Shown piece by piece: positions 9,388 to 17,915 of a stretch of 64,000 nucleotides of DNA. The notes under the pieces were generated by a model that did not search any database, was not told where the DNA came from, and saw only the letters and a program-made list of their open reading frames with translations. The DNA is from Capsulimonadaceae bacterium. Lineage in GTDB: Bacteria > Armatimonadota > Armatimonadia > Armatimonadales > Capsulimonadaceae. A program made the translations under genes and the position numbers. The stretch lies in NCBI GenBank assembly GCA_965215505.1, contig OZ244065.1, forward strand, positions 3,744,001-3,808,000. Direction: 5' to 3'. Numbering within the stretch: the first letter of the stretch is position 1; every line of letters starts with the position of its first letter.

Positions 9388-10437
9388 TCAGGACAGGTAG
9401 GGGCGGGCCGTGACATTTTTGCCGTCGCTGACGAACGTGACCGCTCCCTGACGGTCGGTGCGGAAGGTCTGGACGCCGTGGGCGTCCAGCCGGGCCAGTG
9501 TCGCCGGGGCCGGATGCCCAAAGCGGTTGTGTCGGCCGCAGGAGATGACGGCCTGACGGGGCCGGAGGCGCGCAAGCCAGTCGTCGCCGGTCGCGTTTTT
9601 GGAGCCGTGGTGGCCGGCCTTCAGCACGTCGCAGGCGAGGTCCGGGTAGGCCTCCAGCATGGCGGCCTCGGCCTCGTTCTGGGCGTCGCCGGTCAGGACG
9701 AAGCGGGTCCGCCCGTACTGGACCAGCAGGGAGGCCGAGTAGTTGTTGATGGCGGCGTCGTCGGTGCCCGTGCCGAACGCGGCGGACGTGCCGAAGGCGG
9801 GCGTCGGCGGCGGGTTCAGGACGCGCAGGGTGACGCCGTCGCCCATGTCCAGCCTCATTCCGCGCACGGCGCGGGCGTAGGGGACGCCCTTGCGATGCAC
9901 TTGGGCGAGGAACTGGGCGTAAGCGGGGGAAGGGTAGGGGAGCGTAGTGCCGTCCAAGACCGTCCCGACCTCCTGGGCGCGCAGGACGGCGGCCAGGCCG
10001 CCGACGTGGTCGCCGTGCGGGTGGGTCAGGACCAGCACATCCAGCCGGTTGATGCCGAGGTAGCTGAGGAAGGGCACGACGACCCTGACGCCGACATCAG
10101 ACGCATCCGCGTCGGTCTCGTCGCTGTTCCCGCCGCCGTCAACGAGGACGGTCCGGCCCGAGGGCGTCTGGATCAGGGTGCTGTCGCCCTGCCCGACGTC
10201 GATGGCCGTGACGCGCAGCTTCCCTGCGTCCGGGTCGGGGCGGCGGGCCAGGGCATACCAGAGCAGCGAGCCGAGCGGCAGGAGCGGGGCCAGCCGCAGC
10301 AGGCGACGCCGCGCGGCGTCCGGGGGCGTCGTGGCTGGCGATGGGCCAGGCGGGGTGTCCTGTACGGGCGTGTCGCCCGATGGGGGCGCTTCGTCGTGTT
10401 CGGGTACGTCGTCATCCGGTGACATGGGTTCCTCCAT
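9388..10437 (-). CDS. ComEC/Rec2-type MBL hydrolase domain protein (no channel domain)
   Basis: DVGQGDS, THPHGDHVGG, LTGD, KAGHHGS, NRFGHP and FRTDRQG motifs. Confidence 0.88.
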   Translation of the reverse strand: MEEPMSPDDDVPEHDEAPPSGDTPVQDTPPGPSPATTPPDAARRRLLRLAPLLPLGSLLWYALARRPDPDAGKLRVTAIDVGQGDSTLIQTPSGRTVLVDGGGNSDETDADASDVGVRVVVPFLSYLGINRLDVLVLTHPHGDHVGGLAAVLRAQEVGTVLDGTTLPYPSPAYAQFLAQVHRKGVPYARAVRGMRLDMGDGVTLRVLNPPPTPAFGTSAAFGTGTDDAAINNYSASLLVQYGRTRFVLTGDAQNEAEAAMLEAYPDLACDVLKAGHHGSKNATGDDWLARLRPRQAVISCGRHNRFGHPAPATLARLDAHGVQTFRTDRQGAVTFVSDGKNVTARPYLS

Positions 10438-10466
10438 GGGGGCGGTCAGGCTGAGTGGGGCCGAGC

Positions 10467-10650
10467 GGGGACGAGTTAAGGCGAGTGAATGAATTCACTC
10501 GCTGCCGTCGGACCTGTCCAGGGGACAGAAGAGAAAAGTCACGCGGCGAGGGGATCACGCGGGGGCGCTTGCCCCCTGCTCTGTTCCCGTGTCCCCTGGA
10601 CAACTCCTGCGTCAGCGAGTGAATTCATTCACTCGCCTTAACTCGTCCCC
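10467..10650. repeat. Palindromic MITE/REPIN-like element, copy 1
   Basis: Terminal IR (cgagtgaatgaattcactcgctg) with internal cctgtccaggggacag / cccctggaca arms. Confidence 0.85.
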
Positions 10651-10740
10651 ACTTGGCCTGCTGCTATCTGCCAAATAGCAAGACGCCCAGCCCCCGTTTC
10701 AGGAAGGCCGGGCGTCTCTCTGTGTCATCCGCGTCTGTTG

Positions 10741-11118
10741 TCATCCCGACCGCCGGAGCGAGCGGCACTGGTGTGCCGCCGTGTCGGCATGCGCGTGGCA
10801 GTAGTAGCCGCCGCAGGCGGGGCAGTAGTGCCGCTCCTCCGGCTCCTCGATGAGAGTGTCGCATCCCCACAGGCGGGGCGACTTCCGGCCCCGGTTGAGC
10901 GGGGGGGGGGCGGAATAGCCGAGGGACGGGAGCGAGCCGTGCGCGCAGTGGAGCGCGAAGACGATCTCGCCAGGCCCATACGCCGGGGCCGGGGGCGGCG
11001 GGGCATGGGGAACAGTGATCGGGGCCGCCTGTCCGCCGTTCAGCGAGGCCAGGAGCCGAGAGAGAGGCATTTCGAGACCGCCGAGGAGCGCACCGCTGCT
11101 GTCAGTCAACCGTGCCAT
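10741..11118 (-). CDS. Small Cys/His-rich (AN1-like zinc finger) hypothetical protein
   Basis: YCPACGGYYCHAH..HQC; TTGACT-17-TATGAT promoter upstream. Confidence 0.55.
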   Translation of the reverse strand: MARLTDSSGALLGGLEMPLSRLLASLNGGQAAPITVPHAPPPPAPAYGPGEIVFALHCAHGSLPSLGYSAPPPLNRGRKSPRLWGCDTLIEEPEERHYCPACGGYYCHAHADTAAHQCRSLRRSG

Positions 11119-11275
11119 TGCCGTGTCCTGTTCTGCCGCCTAACCTGCGGGCGGCGCGAAAACACGAGAAGCGTCTCCATTCATCCCCGTGCCGGGGATA
11201 TGTATCATAAGAGTCCCATCATAGCACAGAAAACGCCGAGAGTCAAGGAGTAATTCGGCTAACATTCCGCGCCAC

Positions 11276-11292
11276 TTGGCACGGTTTATGCA
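11276..11292 (+). promoter_or_regulatory. Sigma54 -24/-12 promoter
   Basis: TTGGCACGGTTTATGCA (GG-N10-GC) upstream of the PEP-CTERM gene. Confidence 0.6.
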
Positions 11293-11337
11293 CTAGGTAT
11301 TTGTACCGGCTGTTCGCCGCGAGAAAGGGCTGCCCCT

Positions 11338-12309
11338 GTGTATTATTCCCCTAAGATTTCGATGGCCTCCCGCGCCGCCTTCCTGGCTTTGATTCCGGTC
11401 CTGGCGGCCAACGCCCCCCAGGCGTCGCAGGCCCAGACCACTTATGTGGCCGTCGGCGACAGCCTCGCCTACGGCTTCATGGACTTCAATGCCACCCCGA
11501 CCGGGACGGCGGGCTATCCCGGCTACGCCCAGCCCTACGCCGCCTTCCTGAGCAGTCCCGGCAAGACGGTGAGCCTCGTCAACCTTGGCATCGTCGGCGA
11601 AACCACCGACTCCCTGCTGGGCAACTCGGTCGGCAACAGCGCCCTCAACAGCAACTACAGCGTTGCCGCCCCGACCTCCCAGTACGCCCTGCTCTCGGCG
11701 GACCTGAACCCGAACGTCAGCAACGTCACCGTCCAGATCGGCGGCAACGACATCCTCGGCCTGGCCTCGAACCCCGCCTTCCAGGATGCCTTCGTGGACG
11801 GCGATACGGCCACCGCCAACGCGCTCCTGAACGCCACGCTGACGCACATCGGGGCCAACTACAATGCCCTCTTGACCCAGATCAACACGCTGGCACCGGG
11901 CGCGAAGGTGCAGGCGATGGGTTACTACAATCCCTACGCCTTCCTGCCGCCGACGAACCAGAACAACATCTATCTCCAAGCCGTCTCTGGCCCTCTGGAG
12001 CAGGGGCTTAACACCGTGATCGCGCAGGAAGCCGCCCTGCACCACGACCAGTTCGTGGACCTGAATACTGCCTTCGCCGCGCAGGGAAGCCAGTACGGCA
12101 GCTATGTGCTGACCGGCGAGACGATCCCCACCGCCTTCGGCCCCCTCCCCAACGACCACCCGACCGCCCTGGGCTACGGCCTCATCGCCCAGCAGCTTGA
12201 AGCCGCCCCCGTCCCTGAAGCCTCCACCGCGCTCTCCTTCGGCCTCCCGGCAGCCCTGGGGCTTGGCGGCCTGATCGTCGCCGTCCGGCGGAGGAAGAGG
12301 CGGGCGTAG
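11338..12309 (+). CDS. SGNH/GDSL hydrolase with PEP-CTERM sorting signal
   Basis: Signal peptide, VGDSL, GGND, DHPT; C-terminal PVPEAS-TM-RRRKRR. Confidence 0.88.
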   Translation: MYYSPKISMASRAAFLALIPVLAANAPQASQAQTTYVAVGDSLAYGFMDFNATPTGTAGYPGYAQPYAAFLSSPGKTVSLVNLGIVGETTDSLLGNSVGNSALNSNYSVAAPTSQYALLSADLNPNVSNVTVQIGGNDILGLASNPAFQDAFVDGDTATANALLNATLTHIGANYNALLTQINTLAPGAKVQAMGYYNPYAFLPPTNQNNIYLQAVSGPLEQGLNTVIAQEAALHHDQFVDLNTAFAAQGSQYGSYVLTGETIPTAFGPLPNDHPTALGYGLIAQQLEAAPVPEASTALSFGLPAALGLGGLIVAVRRRKRRA

Positions 12310-12364
12310 CCTCCCCGCCCCCGACAATGGGGGGCCGCATAGGAAGGCGCAGGCCCCGCCGTGG

Positions 12365-12507
12365 CGCAGGCCCCGCCGTGAACGGCAGGTCTGGGGGGCG
12401 AAGCGCCGACCGCCCTGCGGGTGGGGGTGACGTATCACCCGCTCTCCCGGTCGCAGGCCGGCCGGCCGCAGGCCCTCCAGACCTGCCGTTCACGGCGGGG
12501 CCTGCGC
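12365..12507. repeat. Intergenic long inverted repeat
   Basis: gcaggccccgccgtgaacggcaggtctgg ... ccagacctgccgttcacggcggggcctgc. Confidence 0.7.
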
Positions 12508-12604
12508 GGCTGGTTCCAGCACACGGGCCGTCCCCGTCCCCCAAACCGCGCACCGGGAAGGAAACCGGCTCCGATGCCGGGAACAATGGCATAGGAGAAC
12601 CCTC

Positions 12605-13615
12605 ATGCCATCCTCACCTGCGCCCTACTACGGTTTCAACTTCCTCTGGATGTACGTCTCGGACGGAGAGACGCCCCGCCCGCCCGACGAGCGCGCGCTG
12701 GACTTCCTGGTCCGGACCGGCTTCAACTTCGTGCGCGTCCCGACCAACTACCGCTCCTGGATCAAGGACTTCGACTATTTCCACCCCGACGAGGCCGTCT
12801 TTTCCTACATTGACCGCTACCTCGACGCCTGCCGGTCGCGCGGCCTGCATCTGAGCCTGAACCTGCACCGCGCGCCCGGCTACTGCATCAACAACAACGA
12901 CCTGGAGCGCGACAACCTCTGGCTCGACCCGGTCGCCCAGGACGGGTTCGTCTTCCAGTGGGAGACCTTCACCCGCCGCTTCCTCGGCACCCCCAGTTCC
13001 GCGCTCTCCTTCGACCTCCTGAATGAGCCGCCGAATGTCGGGCAGTACGGCCTGACCCGCGAAAACCACGCCGCCGTCATCCGCCGCGCCGTTCAGGCCA
13101 TCCGCGCGATTGACCCCGCCCGCGAGATCGTCATTGACGGCCTGGGCGGCGGCCACCTCGCCATGCCCGAGCTTGCCGACCTTGGCGTGGTCCACAGCGG
13201 ACGTGGCTACCAGCCCATGCCGGTCAGCCACCACAAGGCAAGCTGGTGGGACGGCCACGCGGCCGCCCCCGCGCCCGAGTATCCCGGCCAGGTGTGGGAG
13301 GGCCGGACGTGGGACCGCGACTCGCTGCGCGAGTTTTACCAGCCCTGGCGGGACGTGGAGGCGGGCGGCGCGCGGGTACACATCGGCGAGTGCGGCTGCT
13401 ACAACAAGACCCCCAACGACATCGTCCTGCGCTGGCTTGGGGACCTGTTCGGCCTGTACAAAGAGTTCGGCTGGGGCTACGCCCTCTGGAACTTCGCCGG
13501 CGACTTCGGCATCGTCGAACACGGCCGCCCCGGCGCGGTCTACGAGGAGCTGCACGGGTACAAAGTGGACCGCGCCCTGCTGGACATCCTAACGGAGAGC
13601 CGCGCATCGGCATGA
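12605..13615 (+). CDS. Glycoside hydrolase family 5
   Basis: NFVRVP, LNLHRAPG, DLLNEP and IGECG motifs. Confidence 0.88.
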   Translation: MPSSPAPYYGFNFLWMYVSDGETPRPPDERALDFLVRTGFNFVRVPTNYRSWIKDFDYFHPDEAVFSYIDRYLDACRSRGLHLSLNLHRAPGYCINNNDLERDNLWLDPVAQDGFVFQWETFTRRFLGTPSSALSFDLLNEPPNVGQYGLTRENHAAVIRRAVQAIRAIDPAREIVIDGLGGGHLAMPELADLGVVHSGRGYQPMPVSHHKASWWDGHAAAPAPEYPGQVWEGRTWDRDSLREFYQPWRDVEAGGARVHIGECGCYNKTPNDIVLRWLGDLFGLYKEFGWGYALWNFAGDFGIVEHGRPGAVYEELHGYKVDRALLDILTESRASA

Positions 13616-13670
13616 CAGAGGACAGGAAGAGGGGGTATAACTCTAACACGACACGCGGGGGACTGAAGAC

Positions 13671-14408
13671 ATGAGACAAGCCAGCTTTGCGGACATTAAC
13701 GAGGACTTCACGGCCCCGCCGTCGGGCTGCCGCGTGGTGCGCGCCGACGCCCTGACGGCATTGGCCGCCGTTCCCGATAGGACCTTCCGCTGCTGCGTCA
13801 CCAGCCCTCCGTACTGGGGCCTGCGCGATTATGATGTTGAACACCAGGTCGGGGCGGAGCCGAGGCTGGAAGATTACATTGCCAACGTGCGCGCCGTCTT
13901 CGCCGAGGTCCGTCGGACGCTGACGGACGACGGGACGCTCTGGCTAAACATTGGGGACAGCTACACAAGCGGGGGGCGGACCTGGCGCGACGCGGACAAG
14001 AAGAACAAGGGCCGGGCGATGGATTACCGCGCGCCTACTCCAGACGGGCTGAACCCCAAGGACCTCATTGGCGTCCCCTGGCGGCTCGCGTTCGCCTTGC
14101 AGGACGACGGCTGGTATCTGCGCTCGGACATCATCTGGCACAAGCCCAACTGCCAGCCGGAGAGCGTCAAGGACCGGCCGACGCGCGCCCATGAATACCT
14201 GTTCCTGTTCTCCAAGTCGGAGAAGTATCACTACGATCACGAGGCCGTCAAGGAGCCAACGGCCACGGCAGGCATGAAAGAGACGGGCCTGAAAAACCGC
14301 CGCTCCGTCTGGTCCGTCAATGAACCGCAGATGAGGCTTCGAAGTGACCTTACTCCTGAGCAGCGAGCATACGTTTTGCGGAGAATTGCCGACGAGGGTT
14401 TGCTCTAG
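13671..14408 (+). CDS. Beta-class amino-DNA methyltransferase (N4-C type), N-terminal fragment with added 28-aa tail
   Basis: VTSPPYWGLRDY, LWLNIGDSY, DLIGVPWRLAFAL, IIWHKPN, HEYLFLF, RRSVWSVN; no FxGxG motif. Confidence 0.9.
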   Translation: MRQASFADINEDFTAPPSGCRVVRADALTALAAVPDRTFRCCVTSPPYWGLRDYDVEHQVGAEPRLEDYIANVRAVFAEVRRTLTDDGTLWLNIGDSYTSGGRTWRDADKKNKGRAMDYRAPTPDGLNPKDLIGVPWRLAFALQDDGWYLRSDIIWHKPNCQPESVKDRPTRAHEYLFLFSKSEKYHYDHEAVKEPTATAGMKETGLKNRRSVWSVNEPQMRLRSDLTPEQRAYVLRRIADEGLL

Positions 14409-15237
14409 TCAGATGGCACCCGCGCGAACAGTACAGAACGCCAGGACGGTCTGCTGTAAACACCTTGCCGCAAGCTTGACACGCTTGGGGATCTCGTTTA
14501 AGGTGTACAGATCGACACGACCGAGAACAATATTTCAAGGTTCGGGAGGTCGCTCTCCGAGAAACGAAAACCTTGCCACACGCGATGCAGGATGCAGTAC
14601 AGCAGGCGTCACAAACTTTAGACGCAGGGGAGCGGGGCGTGAAGTCTACCCCGCACTTTGCACATGGGCGCAAAGGGACAACAAAGGGAAAACGTCGTAG
14701 GTCAGCAATGTCGGGATTGTTCCGCAGGAAGGCTATCTCCGCTTTGCCGTGACACTTGGGGCAGAGAGTAACAAGGTTTTCAATCTTGTTGGCATGGCGG
14801 TAGTCGGTAAACAGGTGGAACGGCGTGACATGATGCACAGGCAATCCACGGGCGATTATTCCACAGTGCTGACAAGTATCGTTGTCCCGCTTCCTGGCAG
14901 CGATTCTCTGGCGGTTCCAGTTTTCGCCACGATAGCTCATATGGCCGCCCTGCCATGTCGAGTTGTTTGGGCCGCTCATAATTCCAGAAGACCGCCATTT
15001 GGCCGCGCAGGATCGGCCGCAGAAGTTGTGTTCTTTGAGGCTACTTGGGCTGCGCTCTATCGTTCTGCCGCACATGAAGCAAGGAACCGAAACTTTCTTG
15101 GAGCCTACGCCTTTACGATGAGCCTGTTGCCATTTGCCGTAGCACGACAATCCGCAGAAATGGTTCACGGACAGCCCCGCCATGTAGGGCTTTGCCTGGT
15201 ACGGTGAGCCGCATTCATCACATGTTAGGGTGATCAT
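14350..15237 (-). CDS. HNH endonuclease with multiple C4 zinc ribbons (homing-endonuclease-like)
   Basis: CQHCG..LPVHHVTP..NKIENLVTLCPKCH, plus repeated CxxC...(F/Y)CxxxC units; lower GC. Confidence 0.88.
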   Translation of the reverse strand: MITLTCDECGSPYQAKPYMAGLSVNHFCGLSCYGKWQQAHRKGVGSKKVSVPCFMCGRTIERSPSSLKEHNFCGRSCAAKWRSSGIMSGPNNSTWQGGHMSYRGENWNRQRIAARKRDNDTCQHCGIIARGLPVHHVTPFHLFTDYRHANKIENLVTLCPKCHGKAEIAFLRNNPDIADLRRFPFVVPLRPCAKCGVDFTPRSPASKVCDACCTASCIACGKVFVSRRATSRTLKYCSRSCRSVHLKRDPQACQACGKVFTADRPGVLYCSRGCHLTRANPRRQFSAKRMLAAQE

Positions 15238-15270
15238 GCTCTATCATACGCTCTAAATGGAAAATCGTCA

Positions 15271-15591
15271 ATGAACATCACTTTGCGCCGGGACGAGATA
15301 CCCGATGACCTGCTAGAGTTTTTCGAGGATGCTGATACGCAGGCAAAAACGGACGTGTTCCGTGTCAACACCGAAGCCTTCCGCGAAGCGCACTTCGCCA
15401 CCTTCCCTACCAAACTTGTCGAGCCGTGCATCCTGGCCGGGTCGGAGCCGGGCGACACGGTCCTTGACCCCTTCCTCGGCTCCGGCACGGTCGGGCTGGT
15501 GGCCTGCCGACTGGATCGGAAGTTCTTGGGGGTGGAGTTGAGCGAGGAATACGCCTCAATCGCCCGGCGGCGGCTGGGCTGGACTAAATAG
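15271..15591 (+). CDS. DNA methyltransferase C-terminal (SAM-binding) fragment with added N-terminal leader
   Basis: EAHFATFP..LVEPCILAGS..VLDPFLGSGT..GVEL. Confidence 0.88.
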   Translation: MNITLRRDEIPDDLLEFFEDADTQAKTDVFRVNTEAFREAHFATFPTKLVEPCILAGSEPGDTVLDPFLGSGTVGLVACRLDRKFLGVELSEEYASIARRRLGWTK

Positions 15592-15750
15592 GTTCTGCTC
15601 CGGCGGGGGCGGTGTATCTTCCGGGGCGGGAGCGACGGTGGGGATGATCCAGGAGACGTGCCGAACGCAGAACTCTATTTGCAGGCCGGAGATGGTGATC
15701 TTGCCGTCGCTCCCGTCCAGGCGCAGTGTGAACGCAGGCCGCCCATCAAT

Positions 15751-16846
15751 AGATACTCCGTGAAATAGAGAAAGGGGTTGTCCCTGCCGAAGATTGTGGC
15801 ATGAACCTGACCCAACTGCACCGCCTGCCCAAAGACCGTGTCCGTGCCCTCTTCGGCCTCGACCCCGCCGCCCTCGGCCAACTGCTGGCCGCCGTCCTGC
15901 CCCCGCTTGTGGGGAAGCGGCACGCCTAACAGGAGGCCAAGGGGAAGCGGCACGCCCAACAGGAGGCCAAGAGGAACCGGCAGCGCGCCGTCGGCGGCGG
16001 GCGCAGGCGCAAGCTGCTCCCGTACCAGGAGGTTTTGATCACCCTGGTCTACCTGCGCCACAACGTCTCCCACGCCGTCTCCCACGCCGTCTGCGGCCAG
16101 ATGTTCGGCGTCAGCGCCGACATCAGCGAGAACAGCTTCCACGAGGTCATCCGGCTCTTGCGCGACGTGTGCCCCGCCGACCGCTGGGGCGCCGAGAAGA
16201 AGTGGACCAAGAGGGAGCCGTCGTGGCACCCCGACACGCTGGACCTGATCCTGGTGGACAGCTTCGAGACCCCCATCGGCCGGTCGAGCCTGCCGGACGT
16301 GCAGCGCAAGTTCTACTCGGGCAAGAAGAAGCGCCACACGACCAAGACACAGATCATTACCAACAAGCAGGGCGAGGTGCTTGCCATTGAGCCGGGGCAC
16401 CCCGGCCCTAAGTCCGATAAGAAGCTCTACGAACAAAGCCGGGCCAAAGATCAGTACCCGCAACGGGCCAAAGATCAGTACCCGCAAGCGGCGCGTCGGG
16501 CGGACCTTGCGTATGTGGGCGTGCCGGAGATGCTGCTGCCGCACAAGAAGGTGCGGGGCAAAGCAGGCGAGAAAGCCCTGCCGCTGACGCCGGAGCAGCA
16601 GGAAGAGAACCGGCACGCGGCGTCGGCGCGTGTCCCGGTGGAGCACGGGGTACGCCGGGTGAAGGCGTGGCGCATCCTGCGCGACGAGTACCGTCTGGCG
16701 CGGGGCCTGTTCTCGACGATCGCGCTGGCGACGGTGGGGCTGGTTCATCTGAGCCGTGTTGTGCCTGGATGAAGCCAAGCCGGAACAGAAGGGCGGCTGC
16801 GCCGCCCAGCTCACCCGGCAAGACATGGCTATTTCACGGAGCATCT
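15751..16846 (+). mobile_element. IS5-family-like insertion sequence (1096 bp)
   Basis: 18-bp TIRs AGATACTCCGTGAAATAG / CTATTTCACGGAGCATCT (1 mismatch); AAT duplicated on both sides. Confidence 0.9.
15801..16772 (+). pseudogene. DDE transposase with an in-frame stop at 15927-15929
   Basis: LVDSFE, YSGKKKRHT, ADLAYVG and RVPVEHGVRRVK motifs; TAA lies in the first copy of a 30-bp tandem duplication. Confidence 0.82.
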
Positions 16847-17629
16847 AATGGTGACCTTCACACTGCTACCGCCTTGGGAGGTCCGGGGACTGAAATCGGC
16901 GGACGTCAGGGCGGCAACGCGCCCCAGAACGTCGCGCGGTATCTCCACGATCTCGCAGAGCAGTCGGGTCGCCGACACGTCCCGTGCGCGGAGTACGAGG
17001 ATGCGGTCGTACTGGCTGAGGTGGGCTGGTATCCGCCGCGCGGCTTCCCGAGCCAGGTCTTCCAGCGTGGAGAACTGCTGTATCCAACGCGCCTCGGTGA
17101 ACTTGGAGATGGTGATCTTGTCCGGGCGGATGTCTTTAGAGGCTTCCGTTTTCAGCGAGAGCTTGACGCCTTCAACGGTCACGTCAATGCCGGAGAAGGT
17201 GTCACTGACAGTGATCGTCTCGGCCCTGCCATCGGCTGCACAGGCTCCCCTGAAGGCGTATTCAAACGCCTTCTTGCTCAACCGGGCTTCGTTCGTCGCG
17301 TGATGGATGAGGAGGCGGTTGCGAGAATCAGCCGTGAAGCGGGGCGTGGCAAAATCACTGGCCGGGTTGACGGTTTCCTCGACCTGACGCATCATCGTCC
17401 GGGCGACTTCGGTCAGCAACTCCACTTGAATCGGGTCAAGCCTCGTCGCGACCGAGATCAGTTCCCGAAGGGCGGTGCGTTCCTCGGCTTCGTCGGGCGG
17501 TTGATCGTCTCGCAGCATCACACCGAATTTAACACAGATTCCATCAGGAGTCAAACCCCATTGGGAAAGGCCGAGCGCAACGCGCCCGGCCTTCTGCTAT
17601 CCGACTGTGGGTGAAGGAGGTTGCTCGCC

Positions 17630-17842
17630 CTAAACTTCGCTCCGCGACTCGGGCTGCGGCGGCGAGATCGCGCCGCTGGTGGCGGCCCGCTCGAAGCTGT
17701 CTACTAGACCGGCGAAGCGCTCGAAGCGGCGGGCGGCGGCGGGGGACAGGTTATCCGTGTTGACTTTGGCGTCGTTGGGGGCGGGGCGCGGTTCGGCCCC
17801 TCTCTGTGACGGCGAGACGTTCGAGTTGATCGTTTCCGGCAT
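17630..17842 (-). CDS. Small hypothetical protein
   Basis: ORF with GAAGGGG RBS-like sequence, downstream of the GAF-like gene. Confidence 0.4.
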   Translation of the reverse strand: MPETINSNVSPSQRGAEPRPAPNDAKVNTDNLSPAAARRFERFAGLVDSFERAATSGAISPPQPESRSEV

Positions 17843-17915
17843 GACTTGTTTGACCCCTTCCGCCAATGCTGCCTGCAATGGTTCCTGTCTGGCCTGCGGT
17901 TCCTGATTATACCCG

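Larger units (their letters stand above)
15556..17518 (-). pseudogene. SmaI-like type II restriction endonuclease interrupted by an IS
   Basis: RLLIHH, FEYAF, DVTVEGVKLSLKTEASK and EIVEIP resemble R.SmaI (from recall). Removing the IS and one AAT restores ...KVTI-DGRPAFTLRLDGSDGKITISGL...HVSWIIP to the stop at 15556. Confidence 0.75.

Noticed and set aside
14322-15369. Group I or group II intron in the MTase
   Set aside because: The HNH is antisense and fills nearly the whole insert, leaving no room for a ribozyme core. At the junction I checked, no U|...G| boundary restores the frame, there is no GUGCG start, and there is no RT.
14322-15369. Intein or split intein
   Set aside because: The N-half extension begins with Glu, not Cys/Ser, and is only 28 aa. 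The C-leader does end Asn-Thr, but that Asn belongs to the MTase motif, and there is no penultimate His or recognisable Hint block.
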